36,954 nt of DNA from Moraxellaceae bacterium (GCA_014378805.1 JACMMY010000278.1:1-36954), one strand, 5' to 3'; positions 8,946-21,186 are shown, counted from the stretch's first letter. Notes: generated from the sequence alone by a model not told the origin. Numbers and translations: made by a program.

Positions 8946-10019
8946 ATGCATCTTGATCGTGTAAGGATTGAACGTCTAAGAAATATCATTAATATCGACA
9001 TTTCACCGCTCGCGCCATTGAATATTATTCATGGTGCGAATGGGAGTGGCAAATCATCGGTCATCGAAGCTATTCATTTACTGGCAACAGGTCGTTCCTT
9101 TCGCACTGCAAATCCGAAGCACTATATTCAGTATCAGCGCCAAGATGCGTTGGTCTATGCAGAGTCAAAAAAAAATCGTCTCGGCCTTAATAAGGCGAGT
9201 GACAATCAAGCCACGGTTCGCTTAGATGGTGAAACTGTTAATCAAAGTGAAATCGCACGAATACTCCCTGTTCAACTGATCAATCCTGAAAATATGGATT
9301 TATTGGAAAGCGGTAGTAAGCCTCGCCGACAACTTTTAGATTGGTTAATGTTCCACGTGGAACATAAATTTCATGGGCTGTGGTTACGTTATCAGCGCGC
9401 ACTGAAACAAAGAAATGCCTTACTCAAAACGACATCGAGCGCTGCCGAACTGTTGGTTTGGGAACAGGAAATGGCAAACACTGGCGCACAAATTCATCAG
9501 ATTAGAACCCGTGTCTCTGAAGAATGGTCGGTGTTCTTTGCGCAGATTATTCAAGAGTTATTACCTGCGCAGTCGATCACCATTGAGTATCTACCAGGCT
9601 TTGATATCGAACAAGGTCTGTTGCAGACCTTAATTGATTCGAGAGCTCGAGATAAAGAACGTGGACATAGTTTGTATGGCATTCATCGTGCGGATTTGCG
9701 CTTTCGGACTGCGCATGGGACGGCTGAACAGACCTTATCGCGTGGCCAGAAGAAGCTATTGATCCTTGCGCTAAAGCTTTCGCAAATGAAGATGCTTTAT
9801 GCCAAGGGATGCGCTTCTGTGGTACTATTGGATGATATGACCGCAGAGCTGGATAGTGCTGCCCAAGCCCGTTTAATCGCCTTATTGATCGCTTTAAACA
9901 GTCAGATTTTTATGACCACGGTCGATTTGGCTGCGGTGCAATTGGTGCTTGAAGATGTCGATTTTCAGACCGCTTTTTTTCATCTGCAAGATGGTTGTGT
10001 AGTCAAAGATGCAGTTTAG
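8946..10019 (+). CDS. recF: DNA replication/repair protein RecF
   Basis: GANGSGKSS, GRSFR, HRADL, LSRGQKK, LLDDMTAELD; synteny. Confidence 0.96.
   Translation: MHLDRVRIERLRNIINIDISPLAPLNIIHGANGSGKSSVIEAIHLLATGRSFRTANPKHYIQYQRQDALVYAESKKNRLGLNKASDNQATVRLDGETVNQSEIARILPVQLINPENMDLLESGSKPRRQLLDWLMFHVEHKFHGLWLRYQRALKQRNALLKTTSSAAELLVWEQEMANTGAQIHQIRTRVSEEWSVFFAQIIQELLPAQSITIEYLPGFDIEQGLLQTLIDSRARDKERGHSLYGIHRADLRFRTAHGTAEQTLSRGQKKLLILALKLSQMKMLYAKGCASVVLLDDMTAELDSAAQARLIALLIALNSQIFMTTVDLAAVQLVLEDVDFQTAFFHLQDGCVVKDAV
9349..9364. promoter_or_regulatory. parS: parS centromere-like site (within recF)
   Basis: Perfect palindrome TGTTCCACGTGGAACA. Confidence 0.9.
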
Positions 10020-10051
10020 GGAAGACTGAAATCGCATAGGAAATTGCAAGA

Positions 10052-10074
10052 AAGCCGCTTTCATTAAGCGGCTT
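10052..10074. terminator. Stem-loop between recF and gyrB
   Basis: AAGCCGCTT-TCATT-AAGCGGCTT; weak U tract. Confidence 0.4.
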
Positions 10075-10144
10075 AAAAGATCGCATTTATTGGGTATTTT
10101 ATAAAACAGAGCAGGCTGATCTTTGCTATTAGCTTCTGTTTTGA

Positions 10145-12649
<2,505 letters not shown>

Positions 12650-12674
12650 TTACTGGTGAGATTATGGTGAGTTG

Positions 12675-12708
12675 AAAAAAATCGATGCCTGCTGGTGTCG
12701 ATTTTTTT
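12675..12708 (+). terminator. Intrinsic terminator after gyrB
   Basis: AAAAAAATCGATGCC-TGCT-GGTGTCGATTTTTTT. Confidence 0.85.
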
Positions 12709-12816
12709 ATGCAAGTTCAGGCTCATTTCGGTTGGTTTATGGGTGAATTGGTATAAGATAATGCGTGCTTAATTGAATACAACAACAACTTGTGCTTATC
12801 TCAAAAGGATCTTTTT

Positions 12817-13641
12817 ATGGGTTTACGTGTCCATCATTTAAATTGTGGGACGATGTGTCCTGCGTGTGCGAAACTCATGAATGGTCAGGGTGGTTGGCTA
12901 GAGCCTGCCAAGTTAGTCTGTCATGTCTTGCTCATTGAAACACCGCGCGATGGGTTGGTTCTGGTGGATACGGGTATCGGTAAACTTGATATCGAAGATC
13001 CTAAACGTTTAGGTCAACCTTTTGTTGCACTGACACGCCCACGGTTTGACTTGAGTGAAGCCGCTGTCTCGCAAATTTTACAGTTAGGTTTTTCGGTGAG
13101 TGATGTACGCCATATTATTTTGACTCATCTTGATTTAGATCACGCGGGTGGTTTACCTGATTTTCCAAATGCGAAAGTCCATGTGTTTGCGCCAGAGTTT
13201 GAAGCGGCAATGCATCCTGATTTCCGCAGTCACTCGCGCTATCTACCTGTGCAATGGGCACATAGTCCACGATGGGTAAAGTATGACTCTGGTATGGGTG
13301 AGAGTTGGTTTGGGATGAACAACGCCCAACCGATAAAGGGGCTTTCTGAAGACATCTTGTTAGTGCCGATGATTGGACATACGCGCGGACATTGTGGTGT
13401 TGCTGTGCGCGGAGAAGAGGGTTGGTTGCTGCATTGTGGTGATGCTTATTTTTATCGTGGGCAATTACAGCCTCAGCCCGAGATGCCTTTGGGGATTCGT
13501 TTATTTGAACAAATCGTACAAACAGATCGCCGTAAGCGAATAGAAAATCTGAATCGGTTACGAACTCTACAGCAATCGCATGGACATGAGATCAAAATCT
13601 TCTGTGCGCATGATCCTGTTGAGCTTGAGCGATTTTTATAA
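12817..13641 (+). CDS. Metallo-beta-lactamase-fold hydrolase
   Basis: LVLVDTG, THLDLDHAGG, GHTRGH, HCGDA, CAHDP. ATG 12817 follows AAGGA. Confidence 0.88.
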   Translation: MGLRVHHLNCGTMCPACAKLMNGQGGWLEPAKLVCHVLLIETPRDGLVLVDTGIGKLDIEDPKRLGQPFVALTRPRFDLSEAAVSQILQLGFSVSDVRHIILTHLDLDHAGGLPDFPNAKVHVFAPEFEAAMHPDFRSHSRYLPVQWAHSPRWVKYDSGMGESWFGMNNAQPIKGLSEDILLVPMIGHTRGHCGVAVRGEEGWLLHCGDAYFYRGQLQPQPEMPLGIRLFEQIVQTDRRKRIENLNRLRTLQQSHGHEIKIFCAHDPVELERFL

Positions 13642-13659
13642 AGTATTAATGATGCTGAT

Positions 13660-13675
13660 TGTTCCACGTGGAACC
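13660..13675. promoter_or_regulatory. parS: parS site (intergenic, one terminal mismatch)
   Basis: TGTTCCACGTGGAACC. Confidence 0.85.
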
Positions 13676-13679
13676 TAGA

Positions 13680-13716
13680 CAATAAAAAACGACAGATTGC
13701 GTGTCGTTTTTTATTG
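13680..13716. terminator. Bidirectional intrinsic terminator
   Basis: CAATAAAAAACGACA-GATTGCG-TGTCGTTTTTTATTG between convergent genes. Confidence 0.88.
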
Positions 13717-13736
13717 GTAATCAACTTGGTTTTGAA

Positions 13737-15734
13737 CTATGCCGATTCAAGCTCATCTAACTGCATCATCATTTCTAGTAGACTTTCATCGAGCTGAGTA
13801 ATCGCAGTTAACGATTGCTGCTGTTGCTCCATGAGTTTGAGTAGCTCAGCTTTGCGCGCAGCTTCATATAAACCAGAGTCAGCCATGGTTTGTTCAAGCT
13901 GCTTTAACTTAGCTTGGTGATCTTTGACTTCTTTTTCTGCTTTCTCAATTTTGCTACGTAGTGGGCGAGTTTGTTCGCGTTTTGCAGCCGCTTCCTTCCG
14001 CGCCAACTCTTTATCAATTGGTTTGCTTGGCGCAGTTGATTTCTCAACAGTTGGCGTTGCGACTTTTTCTTTGGCAGGTGTGATCTTAGCTGGAGTTGGC
14101 TCGCTATTTTTGTTTGCGAGAGCCTTCTCTGGCTTCGGTGTCTTTGCTGCCATTTCTTGTTGACGGGTCAGTTTTAGCCATTGCGCATAGTCGGCTAAGT
14201 CACCATCAAAGGTACTACAAACACCGCCATGAACCAGCAGTAAATCATCACAGACACTGGCAATCAATTGGCGTTCGTGAGAAACCAGAACAACAGCTCC
14301 CTTGAAGTCTTGTAGCGCTAAGGTCAGCGCATGGCGCATATCTAAATCTAAATGGTTGGTTGGTTCGTCGAGTACGAGGACATTTGGACGTTGCCAAACA
14401 ATCAACGCCAGTGCAAGACGCGCGCGTTCGCCGCCAGAAAAACTACCGCACACCGTATCCATGCGCTCGCCGCTAAAACCAAAGCTGCCGAGATACGCAC
14501 GTAATTCAGCATCAGAAATTTTCTTACCCGCTAAACGTCCCAATTGCAGCATTGGGCTGGCATCCGCATCGAGGGCATCCATTTGATGCTGAGCGAAGTA
14601 ACCGAGGTTCAAATGTTCGCTGGATGTGCGCTCACCTGAAAGTGGTTCGATCACGCCTGCTAAGGTTTTAATCAGCGTAGATTTACCCGCGCCATTCATA
14701 CCGAGTAAGCCGATACGACTATCGGGGGTGAGTTGCAAGCGGATGTTATTGACGATAATGGTGGTGCCATAACCTGCATTTACTTCATCTAATTGCAGCA
14801 GTGGTGAGCTCATTTTGCTCGGGTCACGGAAGCTAAAGGTAAATGGCGAATCGACATGCGCAGGTGCAAGTTTCTGCATGCGTTCAAGTTGTTTGACGCG
14901 GCTTTGTGCTTGCTTCGCGCGCGTGGCTTGGGCGCTAAAGCGATCAATATATTTTTGCAGATGGGCACGGGTGGCTTCTTGCTTTTCAAACGACTGTTGT
15001 TGTTGTGCGAGACGTTCGGCGCGAGTCTGTTCAAACGTGGAATAGTTGCCCGTATAGAGCGTGACTAAGCCTGCTTCAATATGCACGATATGATCGGTGA
15101 TCGCATCCAAGAAGTCGCGATCATGCGAAATGAGGATGAGCGTGCCTGGATAATTCTTCAACCAGTCCTCAAGCCAAAGAATCGCATCCAAGTCTAAATG
15201 GTTGGTTGGCTCATCGAGTAGGAGTAAGTCTGAGCGGCTCATCAACGTACGTGCAAGATTGAGACGCATACGCCAGCCACCCGAGAAGCTGGAAACAGGT
15301 GCGGATTGTTTGACGGTGGTGAAACCAAGACCCGCCATCATTTGTGCCGCACGTGCTGTCGCGGTATAGCCATCAATTTCACCAAAGCGCTCATGCAAGC
15401 TGGTCAGGCGATCTAAATCCATCGTGTCGGATTCATGCTCAAGTTGCTGGTTGATTGTCCACCACTCTTCATCGCCAGAAAGCACGAAATCTATTGCAGC
15501 AGTTTCTTGGCTTTCAACTTCTTGAGCCATGTGTGCAACTGTCCAAGTTGCTGGGCGAGAAAGATTACCGACGTCAGCAGTCATTTCACCCATGAACGCA
15601 GCGAACAGTGTTGATTTTCCAGCGCCATTGACGCCAGTTAAACCCACTTTCCAACCGGGATGAATTTGAAAGGTCGCTTTTTCAAACAATAAACGACCAC
15701 CACGGCGGAGTGCGAAATCTTGAAGCTGAATCAT
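13737..15734 (-). CDS. ABC-F family ATPase (YheS-like), soluble, two ATPase domains
   Basis: GVNGAGKST and GMNGAGKST, FSGGWRMR and FSGGERAR, two DEPTNHLD motifs, no TM segments, C-terminal coiled coil. Confidence 0.92.
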   Translation of the reverse strand: MIQLQDFALRRGGRLLFEKATFQIHPGWKVGLTGVNGAGKSTLFAAFMGEMTADVGNLSRPATWTVAHMAQEVESQETAAIDFVLSGDEEWWTINQQLEHESDTMDLDRLTSLHERFGEIDGYTATARAAQMMAGLGFTTVKQSAPVSSFSGGWRMRLNLARTLMSRSDLLLLDEPTNHLDLDAILWLEDWLKNYPGTLILISHDRDFLDAITDHIVHIEAGLVTLYTGNYSTFEQTRAERLAQQQQSFEKQEATRAHLQKYIDRFSAQATRAKQAQSRVKQLERMQKLAPAHVDSPFTFSFRDPSKMSSPLLQLDEVNAGYGTTIIVNNIRLQLTPDSRIGLLGMNGAGKSTLIKTLAGVIEPLSGERTSSEHLNLGYFAQHQMDALDADASPMLQLGRLAGKKISDAELRAYLGSFGFSGERMDTVCGSFSGGERARLALALIVWQRPNVLVLDEPTNHLDLDMRHALTLALQDFKGAVVLVSHERQLIASVCDDLLLVHGGVCSTFDGDLADYAQWLKLTRQQEMAAKTPKPEKALANKNSEPTPAKITPAKEKVATPTVEKSTAPSKPIDKELARKEAAAKREQTRPLRSKIEKAEKEVKDHQAKLKQLEQTMADSGLYEAARKAELLKLMEQQQQSLTAITQLDESLLEMMMQLDELESA

Positions 15735-16149
15735 TGAGAGGGCCTAATTTATGCGGGCAAAATAGAAACAATATTTGAGAGGGCGTATTGTAGTTTCTTG
15801 TCGATAGAATAACCAGTAAACGGACTAAGGATTAGAAAACTAACGCATCATAAGTCATCAAATTTTTATATTTAATCGTGATCAAAATAAATAAAAATCG
15901 ATTAATTAGATTCAGTAATTATTCAGTAGGTACCAGGATCAGTTTTAATTTTTTAATTAAAAACAATAATCTGTTGGACAGAATAGAAAAAATAAATTAA
16001 GGAACGGAGTTGTATCTAAGTCCTTAATCATCAAATTCAACGCATTTAATCGCGTTAATAGTAGACGATGAGATATTAAACAATTCATTACTGAATAGTG
16101 GTATGACGCGAAGGCGGAAGGATTCCGTCGATTTTAAGGGCAATATCTG

Positions 16150-17142
16150 ATGAACATTACAGTGAATAGGGTTTTCGCAATGATGTTAACTACTTTAGCA
16201 ACCTCTTCTTATGCACAAAGAATTTGTGTCTTTGATCCGCTAGGTTCTTCAGGCGATAACTATTCATTAATCAAAGATTACGCACTCGCAGCGAAGCAAT
16301 GGGGTGCTGATCTAATATTGAAGCCCTACAGCGACGAACGACTTGCCGCATTGGATTTTAAGTCAGGCAAGTGCGAGGCTGTCGCTCTTACGGGAATTCG
16401 TGCAAGGCAATTTAATCAATTCGTCGGTTCGATTTATTCTGCTGGTGGAATTCTAAATAGTGAAGCCACAAAAATGGTGATTACGCTGATGGCTAATCCG
16501 AAATTGGCTGCCGATATGATTGACCATGATACAGAGGTTGTGGGCGTCTCTACGCTTGGTTCTGCATATGTGATTTTCAACGATCGAAGTATCAACTCGT
16601 TATTACGGTTGGCAGGCAGGCGCTTCGGTGCATTAAATTATGATAAGGCGATTGGGGTACTCGTTGATAAGGTGGGTGGAGAGGCAATCTCTGTTGAGTT
16701 AAAAGAAATTGGACCAATGTTCAATACAGGAGGCATTGATGTTATTTTCATTCCACTCATTGCTTTCAAGCCATTAGAGTTTAATAAAGGCGTAGGAACA
16801 AAAGGTGCGATTGTGAGATTTCCAGTTGCCACGACAACTTATGACGTTTTGATCCACCCAGACAAGTTTCCTGATGACTACGGTCAAAAATGCCGTGCTT
16901 GGTTCGCCAATCAATTAAATCGCCAATTGGTACTGGTCAACAAAATTGAGAAAGGTATCTATTCTAAGTACTGGATGGAGCTTTCCCCGAATGTGACACC
17001 AGGCTATCTAAGAATCATGCGTGAGGCGAGAATTAGCTTGACCAAAGATGGCATCTACAATAAAAAAATGATGGGCATTCTTAAAAAAATCCGTTGTCGC
17101 CAAGATCCAAAAAACTATGAATGTTTATTGAATGATGAGTAA
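16150..17142 (+). CDS. Putative periplasmic solute-binding protein, AdeT/DUF6091-like (paralog 1)
   Basis: Sec signal ending SYA; ICVFDPLGSSGD, DFKSGKC, KKIRC...ECLLNDE shared with the other five. Family assignment is from recall, not a search. Confidence 0.75.
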   Translation: MNITVNRVFAMMLTTLATSSYAQRICVFDPLGSSGDNYSLIKDYALAAKQWGADLILKPYSDERLAALDFKSGKCEAVALTGIRARQFNQFVGSIYSAGGILNSEATKMVITLMANPKLAADMIDHDTEVVGVSTLGSAYVIFNDRSINSLLRLAGRRFGALNYDKAIGVLVDKVGGEAISVELKEIGPMFNTGGIDVIFIPLIAFKPLEFNKGVGTKGAIVRFPVATTTYDVLIHPDKFPDDYGQKCRAWFANQLNRQLVLVNKIEKGIYSKYWMELSPNVTPGYLRIMREARISLTKDGIYNKKMMGILKKIRCRQDPKNYECLLNDE

Positions 17143-17236
17143 GTTGTGCGATATTAGTGACTTTAAAAGTTTATCTAATGTCATCAAGCAACGCGTAAAT
17201 TCTTATTTTTATAAAAAATGATGTGTTCGTTTTAGC

Positions 17237-17266
17237 AAAAGTCATTTATATTTTAATGGCTTTTTT
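17237..17266 (+). terminator. Probable terminator after paralog 1
   Basis: AAAAGTCATT-N8-AATGGCTTTTTT. Confidence 0.55.
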
Positions 17267-17483
17267 GTTTGAGTATTAGTCAAAAAACTTCAATTTTTTA
17301 GAATAAAAATGAGCGTTGTTACATACATATTCTGTGATATTCGACAGCGTTCAACACATAGAATAAAAATGAATTAAGGTCTATGATAGATATGCGTACA
17401 TCATTCGCACCAGTATCCGTGTTTTGTGATGTTGGCATAAATAGGGCGAGGCAGCCCAGTTGACTATAAGGAAATTAGAGATC

Positions 17484-18476
17484 ATGAATACAAAAATGAG
17501 GTTCATTGTTGCAGCAACGTTTACCGCCATCGCGACATCCCCCTATGCGCAAACTATCTGTGTTTTTGATCCTTTAGGTTCACAAGGTGATAACTATTCG
17601 CTGATGAAAGATTACTCGGTTGCCGCTAAGCAATGGGGTGCTGATATCAGCTTGAAACCCTATCCTGACGAGAAACTTGCGGCAGCTGATTATAAGTCAG
17701 GCAAATGCGATGGCGCTGCAATTACCAGCATTCGATCACGTTCAATTAATGATTTTGTCGGAACCATCTCCGCACCGACAGCGATCGTGAGTCGTGAACA
17801 AACCAAAACCATCCTTGCGCTGATGGGTAACACGAAGCTTGCTCCAGATATGTTGAGTAATGGTTCAGAAGTTGTGGGTGTGTCTAGTCTTGGGTTTGCT
17901 TATATTGTGACGCGAGATCGCAGTGTGAACACATTACCAGAGCTGGCAAAGTTACGCTTCGGCGCGTTATCTTTTGATAAAGTTCAGAAATTGGTTATCG
18001 AAAGAATAGGTGGAACAGCAGTTCTCATGGAATTGTCTGAAGTTGGATCAAAATTTAATAGTGGTCAAGTGGATGCGGTTTTAGTGCCAGCAGTTGCGTT
18101 TAAGCCATTAGAGTTGAATAAGGGCGTCGGTACGAAAGGTGCAATCGTGACATTCCCTGTTGCGCTCATGACGTATAACGTGCTGATCAATCCTGATATG
18201 TTTCCTGAAGGCTATGGTCAAAAAAGTCGGAATTGGTTTGTGAGTCAAATTGACCGTCAAATGGCAACGGTTGCTAAAATTGAGAAAAGCATTGATCCCA
18301 GTTATTGGAGTAATGTACCGACAAATATCGCGCCAGGATATTTCAAGCTAATGCGTGAAGCGCGAATCGGCTTTACCAAAGAAGGCGTCTATAGTAAGAA
18401 AATGAATGGGATTTTGAAAAAAATCCGTTGTCGCCAAGATCCAGAGAATTATGAGTGCCCATTGAAAGACGAATGA
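17484..18476 (+). CDS. Putative periplasmic solute-binding protein (paralog 2)
   Basis: Signal ending PYA; ICVFDPLGSQGD, DYKSGKCDG, KKIRC...ECPLKDE. Start at ATG 17484 (the ORF extends to 17460). Confidence 0.75.
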   Translation: MNTKMRFIVAATFTAIATSPYAQTICVFDPLGSQGDNYSLMKDYSVAAKQWGADISLKPYPDEKLAAADYKSGKCDGAAITSIRSRSINDFVGTISAPTAIVSREQTKTILALMGNTKLAPDMLSNGSEVVGVSSLGFAYIVTRDRSVNTLPELAKLRFGALSFDKVQKLVIERIGGTAVLMELSEVGSKFNSGQVDAVLVPAVAFKPLELNKGVGTKGAIVTFPVALMTYNVLINPDMFPEGYGQKSRNWFVSQIDRQMATVAKIEKSIDPSYWSNVPTNIAPGYFKLMREARIGFTKEGVYSKKMNGILKKIRCRQDPENYECPLKDE

Positions 18477-18672
18477 GACAAACTATATTCGTGACATTCG
18501 TGTTCTATATCTCAGAGTAAAATGGCTTAAAGATCATTCTATTAAGCCATATGAAACATATTTTCGTTTTTATCGCGGTCATGAAGCGTATTTTTGAGAT
18601 TCTCATAGTTTTTGGGAAGCTAGACTGTGATTCTGATATTTATTTGTGTCACGATCCTATAACTGATGCGTG

Positions 18673-18798
18673 CGTTTTGAGCAATCAATAAGCATTGTTA
18701 TAGGCATGATATAACATTCTTAAATAGTTATTTTGGACTGTTCATAGATTCGTAGTAATGCTAGTCTAGGATAAAATGCACATTAATTGCTCAAAACG
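18673..18798. repeat. Long imperfect inverted repeat in the paralog 2-3 spacer
   Basis: CGTTTTGAGCAAT (18673-18685) is the exact reverse complement of ATTGCTCAAAACG (18786-18798); arms match at 21 of 24 positions. Confidence 0.75.
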
Positions 18799-18900
18799 AT
18801 CATTATTCAGAAAAAAGCCTGCTTTAAGTAGTATGTGCATGGATAACGCTTTGCAATAATTTTTAAATAATTCAATTAAAAAAAAGGGAGTGTTAGTCGG

Positions 18901-19890
18901 ATGAGGTTGAAGGCGATTTTTGCAGGACTCACAATGGTTGCAATCGGAACATCTGCACAAGCTCAAACAATCTGTGTTTTTGATGTTTTAGGTGCGCAAG
19001 GCGATACCTATGCGATGATGAAAGATTACGTGGTGGCTGCCAAGCAGTGGGATGCAAATATCACCTTAAAACCCTATACCGATGAACGTTTGGCTTCTGA
19101 AGATTTTAAAGCAGGTCAGTGCGATGGTGTATTTCTGACAGGGATGCGAACTCGTTCATTTAATCATTTCACGGGGTCTCTCGATTCGATTGGTTCTATA
19201 CCAAGCTATAGCACCCTGAAAATGGCCCTGAGCTTGATGGCAAACCCTAAACTTGCTGATGAAATGATCAGTAACGGTTATGAAGTAGTTGGTGTTTCAC
19301 CTTTAGGTGCGGCTTACATCATGGTGCGTGATAGCAGTATCAACTCCCTTGCGAAAGCTGCAGGTAAGCGTTTTGGTGTATTAGATTATGATAAAGCCCA
19401 AGGGATTATGGTTCAAAAAGTCGGTGCGCAGCCTGTCTCTGTTGATTTAACAACGGTCGGCGGTAAGTTTAATAATGGTCAAGTTGATATGATTGGGATG
19501 CCTGCGATCACTTTTAAACCTTTTGAGTTATATAAAGGGATTGGAACCAAGGGTGCGATCATTAGATTTCCTGTGGTTCAAGTGACTGGAGATATCATCA
19601 TCCGTCCTGAAAAATTTCAAAATGGTTATGGGCAAAAGAGCAGGACGTGGATTCTCTCTCAGTTAGGGCGCGGTATGGACTCCATCAATAAAGTTGAGCG
19701 AGCCATTGATGCTCATTATTGGTTGGATATTGCTGGAAATGATAAAGCAGGCTACGTCAAACTGATGCGCGAGGCGAGAATTACACTGACTAAACAAGGA
19801 ATCTACAATAAAAAATTAATGTCGATTCTGAAGAAGGTCCGTTGTCAGCAAGATTCTTTGAGCTTTGAATGTGCTTTAACTGATGAGTAA
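18901..19890 (+). CDS. Putative periplasmic solute-binding protein (paralog 3)
   Basis: Signal ending AQA; EDFKAGQCDG, LAKAAGKRFGVLDYDKAQ, RFPVVQVT, KKVRC...FECALTDE. Confidence 0.78.
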   Translation: MRLKAIFAGLTMVAIGTSAQAQTICVFDVLGAQGDTYAMMKDYVVAAKQWDANITLKPYTDERLASEDFKAGQCDGVFLTGMRTRSFNHFTGSLDSIGSIPSYSTLKMALSLMANPKLADEMISNGYEVVGVSPLGAAYIMVRDSSINSLAKAAGKRFGVLDYDKAQGIMVQKVGAQPVSVDLTTVGGKFNNGQVDMIGMPAITFKPFELYKGIGTKGAIIRFPVVQVTGDIIIRPEKFQNGYGQKSRTWILSQLGRGMDSINKVERAIDAHYWLDIAGNDKAGYVKLMREARITLTKQGIYNKKLMSILKKVRCQQDSLSFECALTDE

Positions 19891-20020
19891 AAATCTTCGC
19901 GTTATGGTCGTTTAATGGATTATTCGTGAGATAAGCCGCATATGGTGAAATTAGCTTTTCATGAAAGCGGACTAAATGAAAAATAATGTTTGGGATAAAC
20001 TGAAAAAGGGAATAAGTATT

Positions 20021-21010
20021 ATGAAAGTAAAAGAAATTCTTGCAGTTATTACAGTTGCGGCACTGTCGACCACAGCTCAGGCGCAGACAATGTGTGTCTT
20101 CGACCTTTTGGGAGGACAAGGTGATAGTTATGCGATGATGAAAGATTATACTGTTGCTGCGAAGCAATGGGGTGCAGATATTACTCTGAAACCTTATGTC
20201 GATGAGCGAGTTGCTGCTGAAGATTTTAAAGCAGGTCAATGTGACGGTGTTGCTCTAACGGGTCTTCGTGCTCGTCAGTTTAATAGTTTTACTGGTTCGA
20301 TCGATGCGATCGGGGGCCTTCAGAGTTATAGCGCTGCTAAAATGATCATTGCACTCATGGCAAATCCAAAAATTGCTTCTGATATGTTACAAAATGGTTA
20401 TGAGATCGCTGGTGTAACGACCTTGGGTGCAGCATATATTCTGGTGCGAGATCGAAATATCAACACCTTAGCGAAGGCCGCTGGCAAACGTTTTGGTGTA
20501 TTGGATTACGATAAATCACAAGCGATTATGGTACAAAAAGTCGGCGCACAGCCTGTTTCGGTCGATTTACTATCCATCGGTGGTAAGTTTAATAATGGAC
20601 AAGTAGATGCGATTGCACTACCAGCCGTCGCATTTAAGCCATTGGAGCTTTATAAAGGGCTTGGTTCAAAGGGCGCGATTATTCGATTTCCGATCATTCA
20701 AGTCACAGGTAATATCGTCATTCGTCCGCAAAAGTTTCCTGATGGTTTTGGGCAAAAGAGCCGCACATGGGTTGCTAGCCAGATTGGTCGTGAAATGGAT
20801 CTGATTAACAAAACTGAAAAAGCAATTGACGAAAAATATTGGTTAGATATTTCTGCAAACGATAAAGTGGGTTATATCAAATTGATGCGTGAAGCACGAA
20901 TTGATTTGACCGATGATGGAGTCTATAACAAAAAAATGATGTCGATTCTTAAGAAAGTGCGTTGTACACAAGATCCGACAAGTTTCGAGTGTGCGATAAA
21001 GGGAGAGTAG
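20021..21010 (+). CDS. Putative periplasmic solute-binding protein (paralog 4)
   Basis: Signal ending AQA; same motifs. ATG 20021 follows AAGGGA (the ORF extends to 19976). Confidence 0.78.
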   Translation: MKVKEILAVITVAALSTTAQAQTMCVFDLLGGQGDSYAMMKDYTVAAKQWGADITLKPYVDERVAAEDFKAGQCDGVALTGLRARQFNSFTGSIDAIGGLQSYSAAKMIIALMANPKIASDMLQNGYEIAGVTTLGAAYILVRDRNINTLAKAAGKRFGVLDYDKSQAIMVQKVGAQPVSVDLLSIGGKFNNGQVDAIALPAVAFKPLELYKGLGSKGAIIRFPIIQVTGNIVIRPQKFPDGFGQKSRTWVASQIGREMDLINKTEKAIDEKYWLDISANDKVGYIKLMREARIDLTDDGVYNKKMMSILKKVRCTQDPTSFECAIKGE

Positions 21011-21186
21011 ACTGTTTCTTTTCATTCATAATGTCGATTATGTTACATTAGGTAAAAGAAGTGGCTGAATTCAGTAAATATATCACTTCTGTGCTTGAAA
21101 AAAAATTGAACTTCGGCAATATACGCTAATGAAAAATTGAGCATGAAAATACCTTCGCTCAGTTTAAGAAATCAAAGGAATCTGAC

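Noticed and set aside
12817-13641. Beta-lactamase resistance gene
   Set aside because: MBL fold only; no signal peptide and the metal motif does not match B1-B3 beta-lactamases.
13737-15734. ATPase as the transporter partner of the binding-protein array
   Set aside because: It has ABC-F hallmarks (tandem ATPase domains, linker, no permease), a ribosome-associated class.
19790-20239. 149-aa and other antisense or overlapping short ORFs in the track
   Set aside because: They overlap well-supported genes on the opposite strand or frame and show no recognisable motifs.
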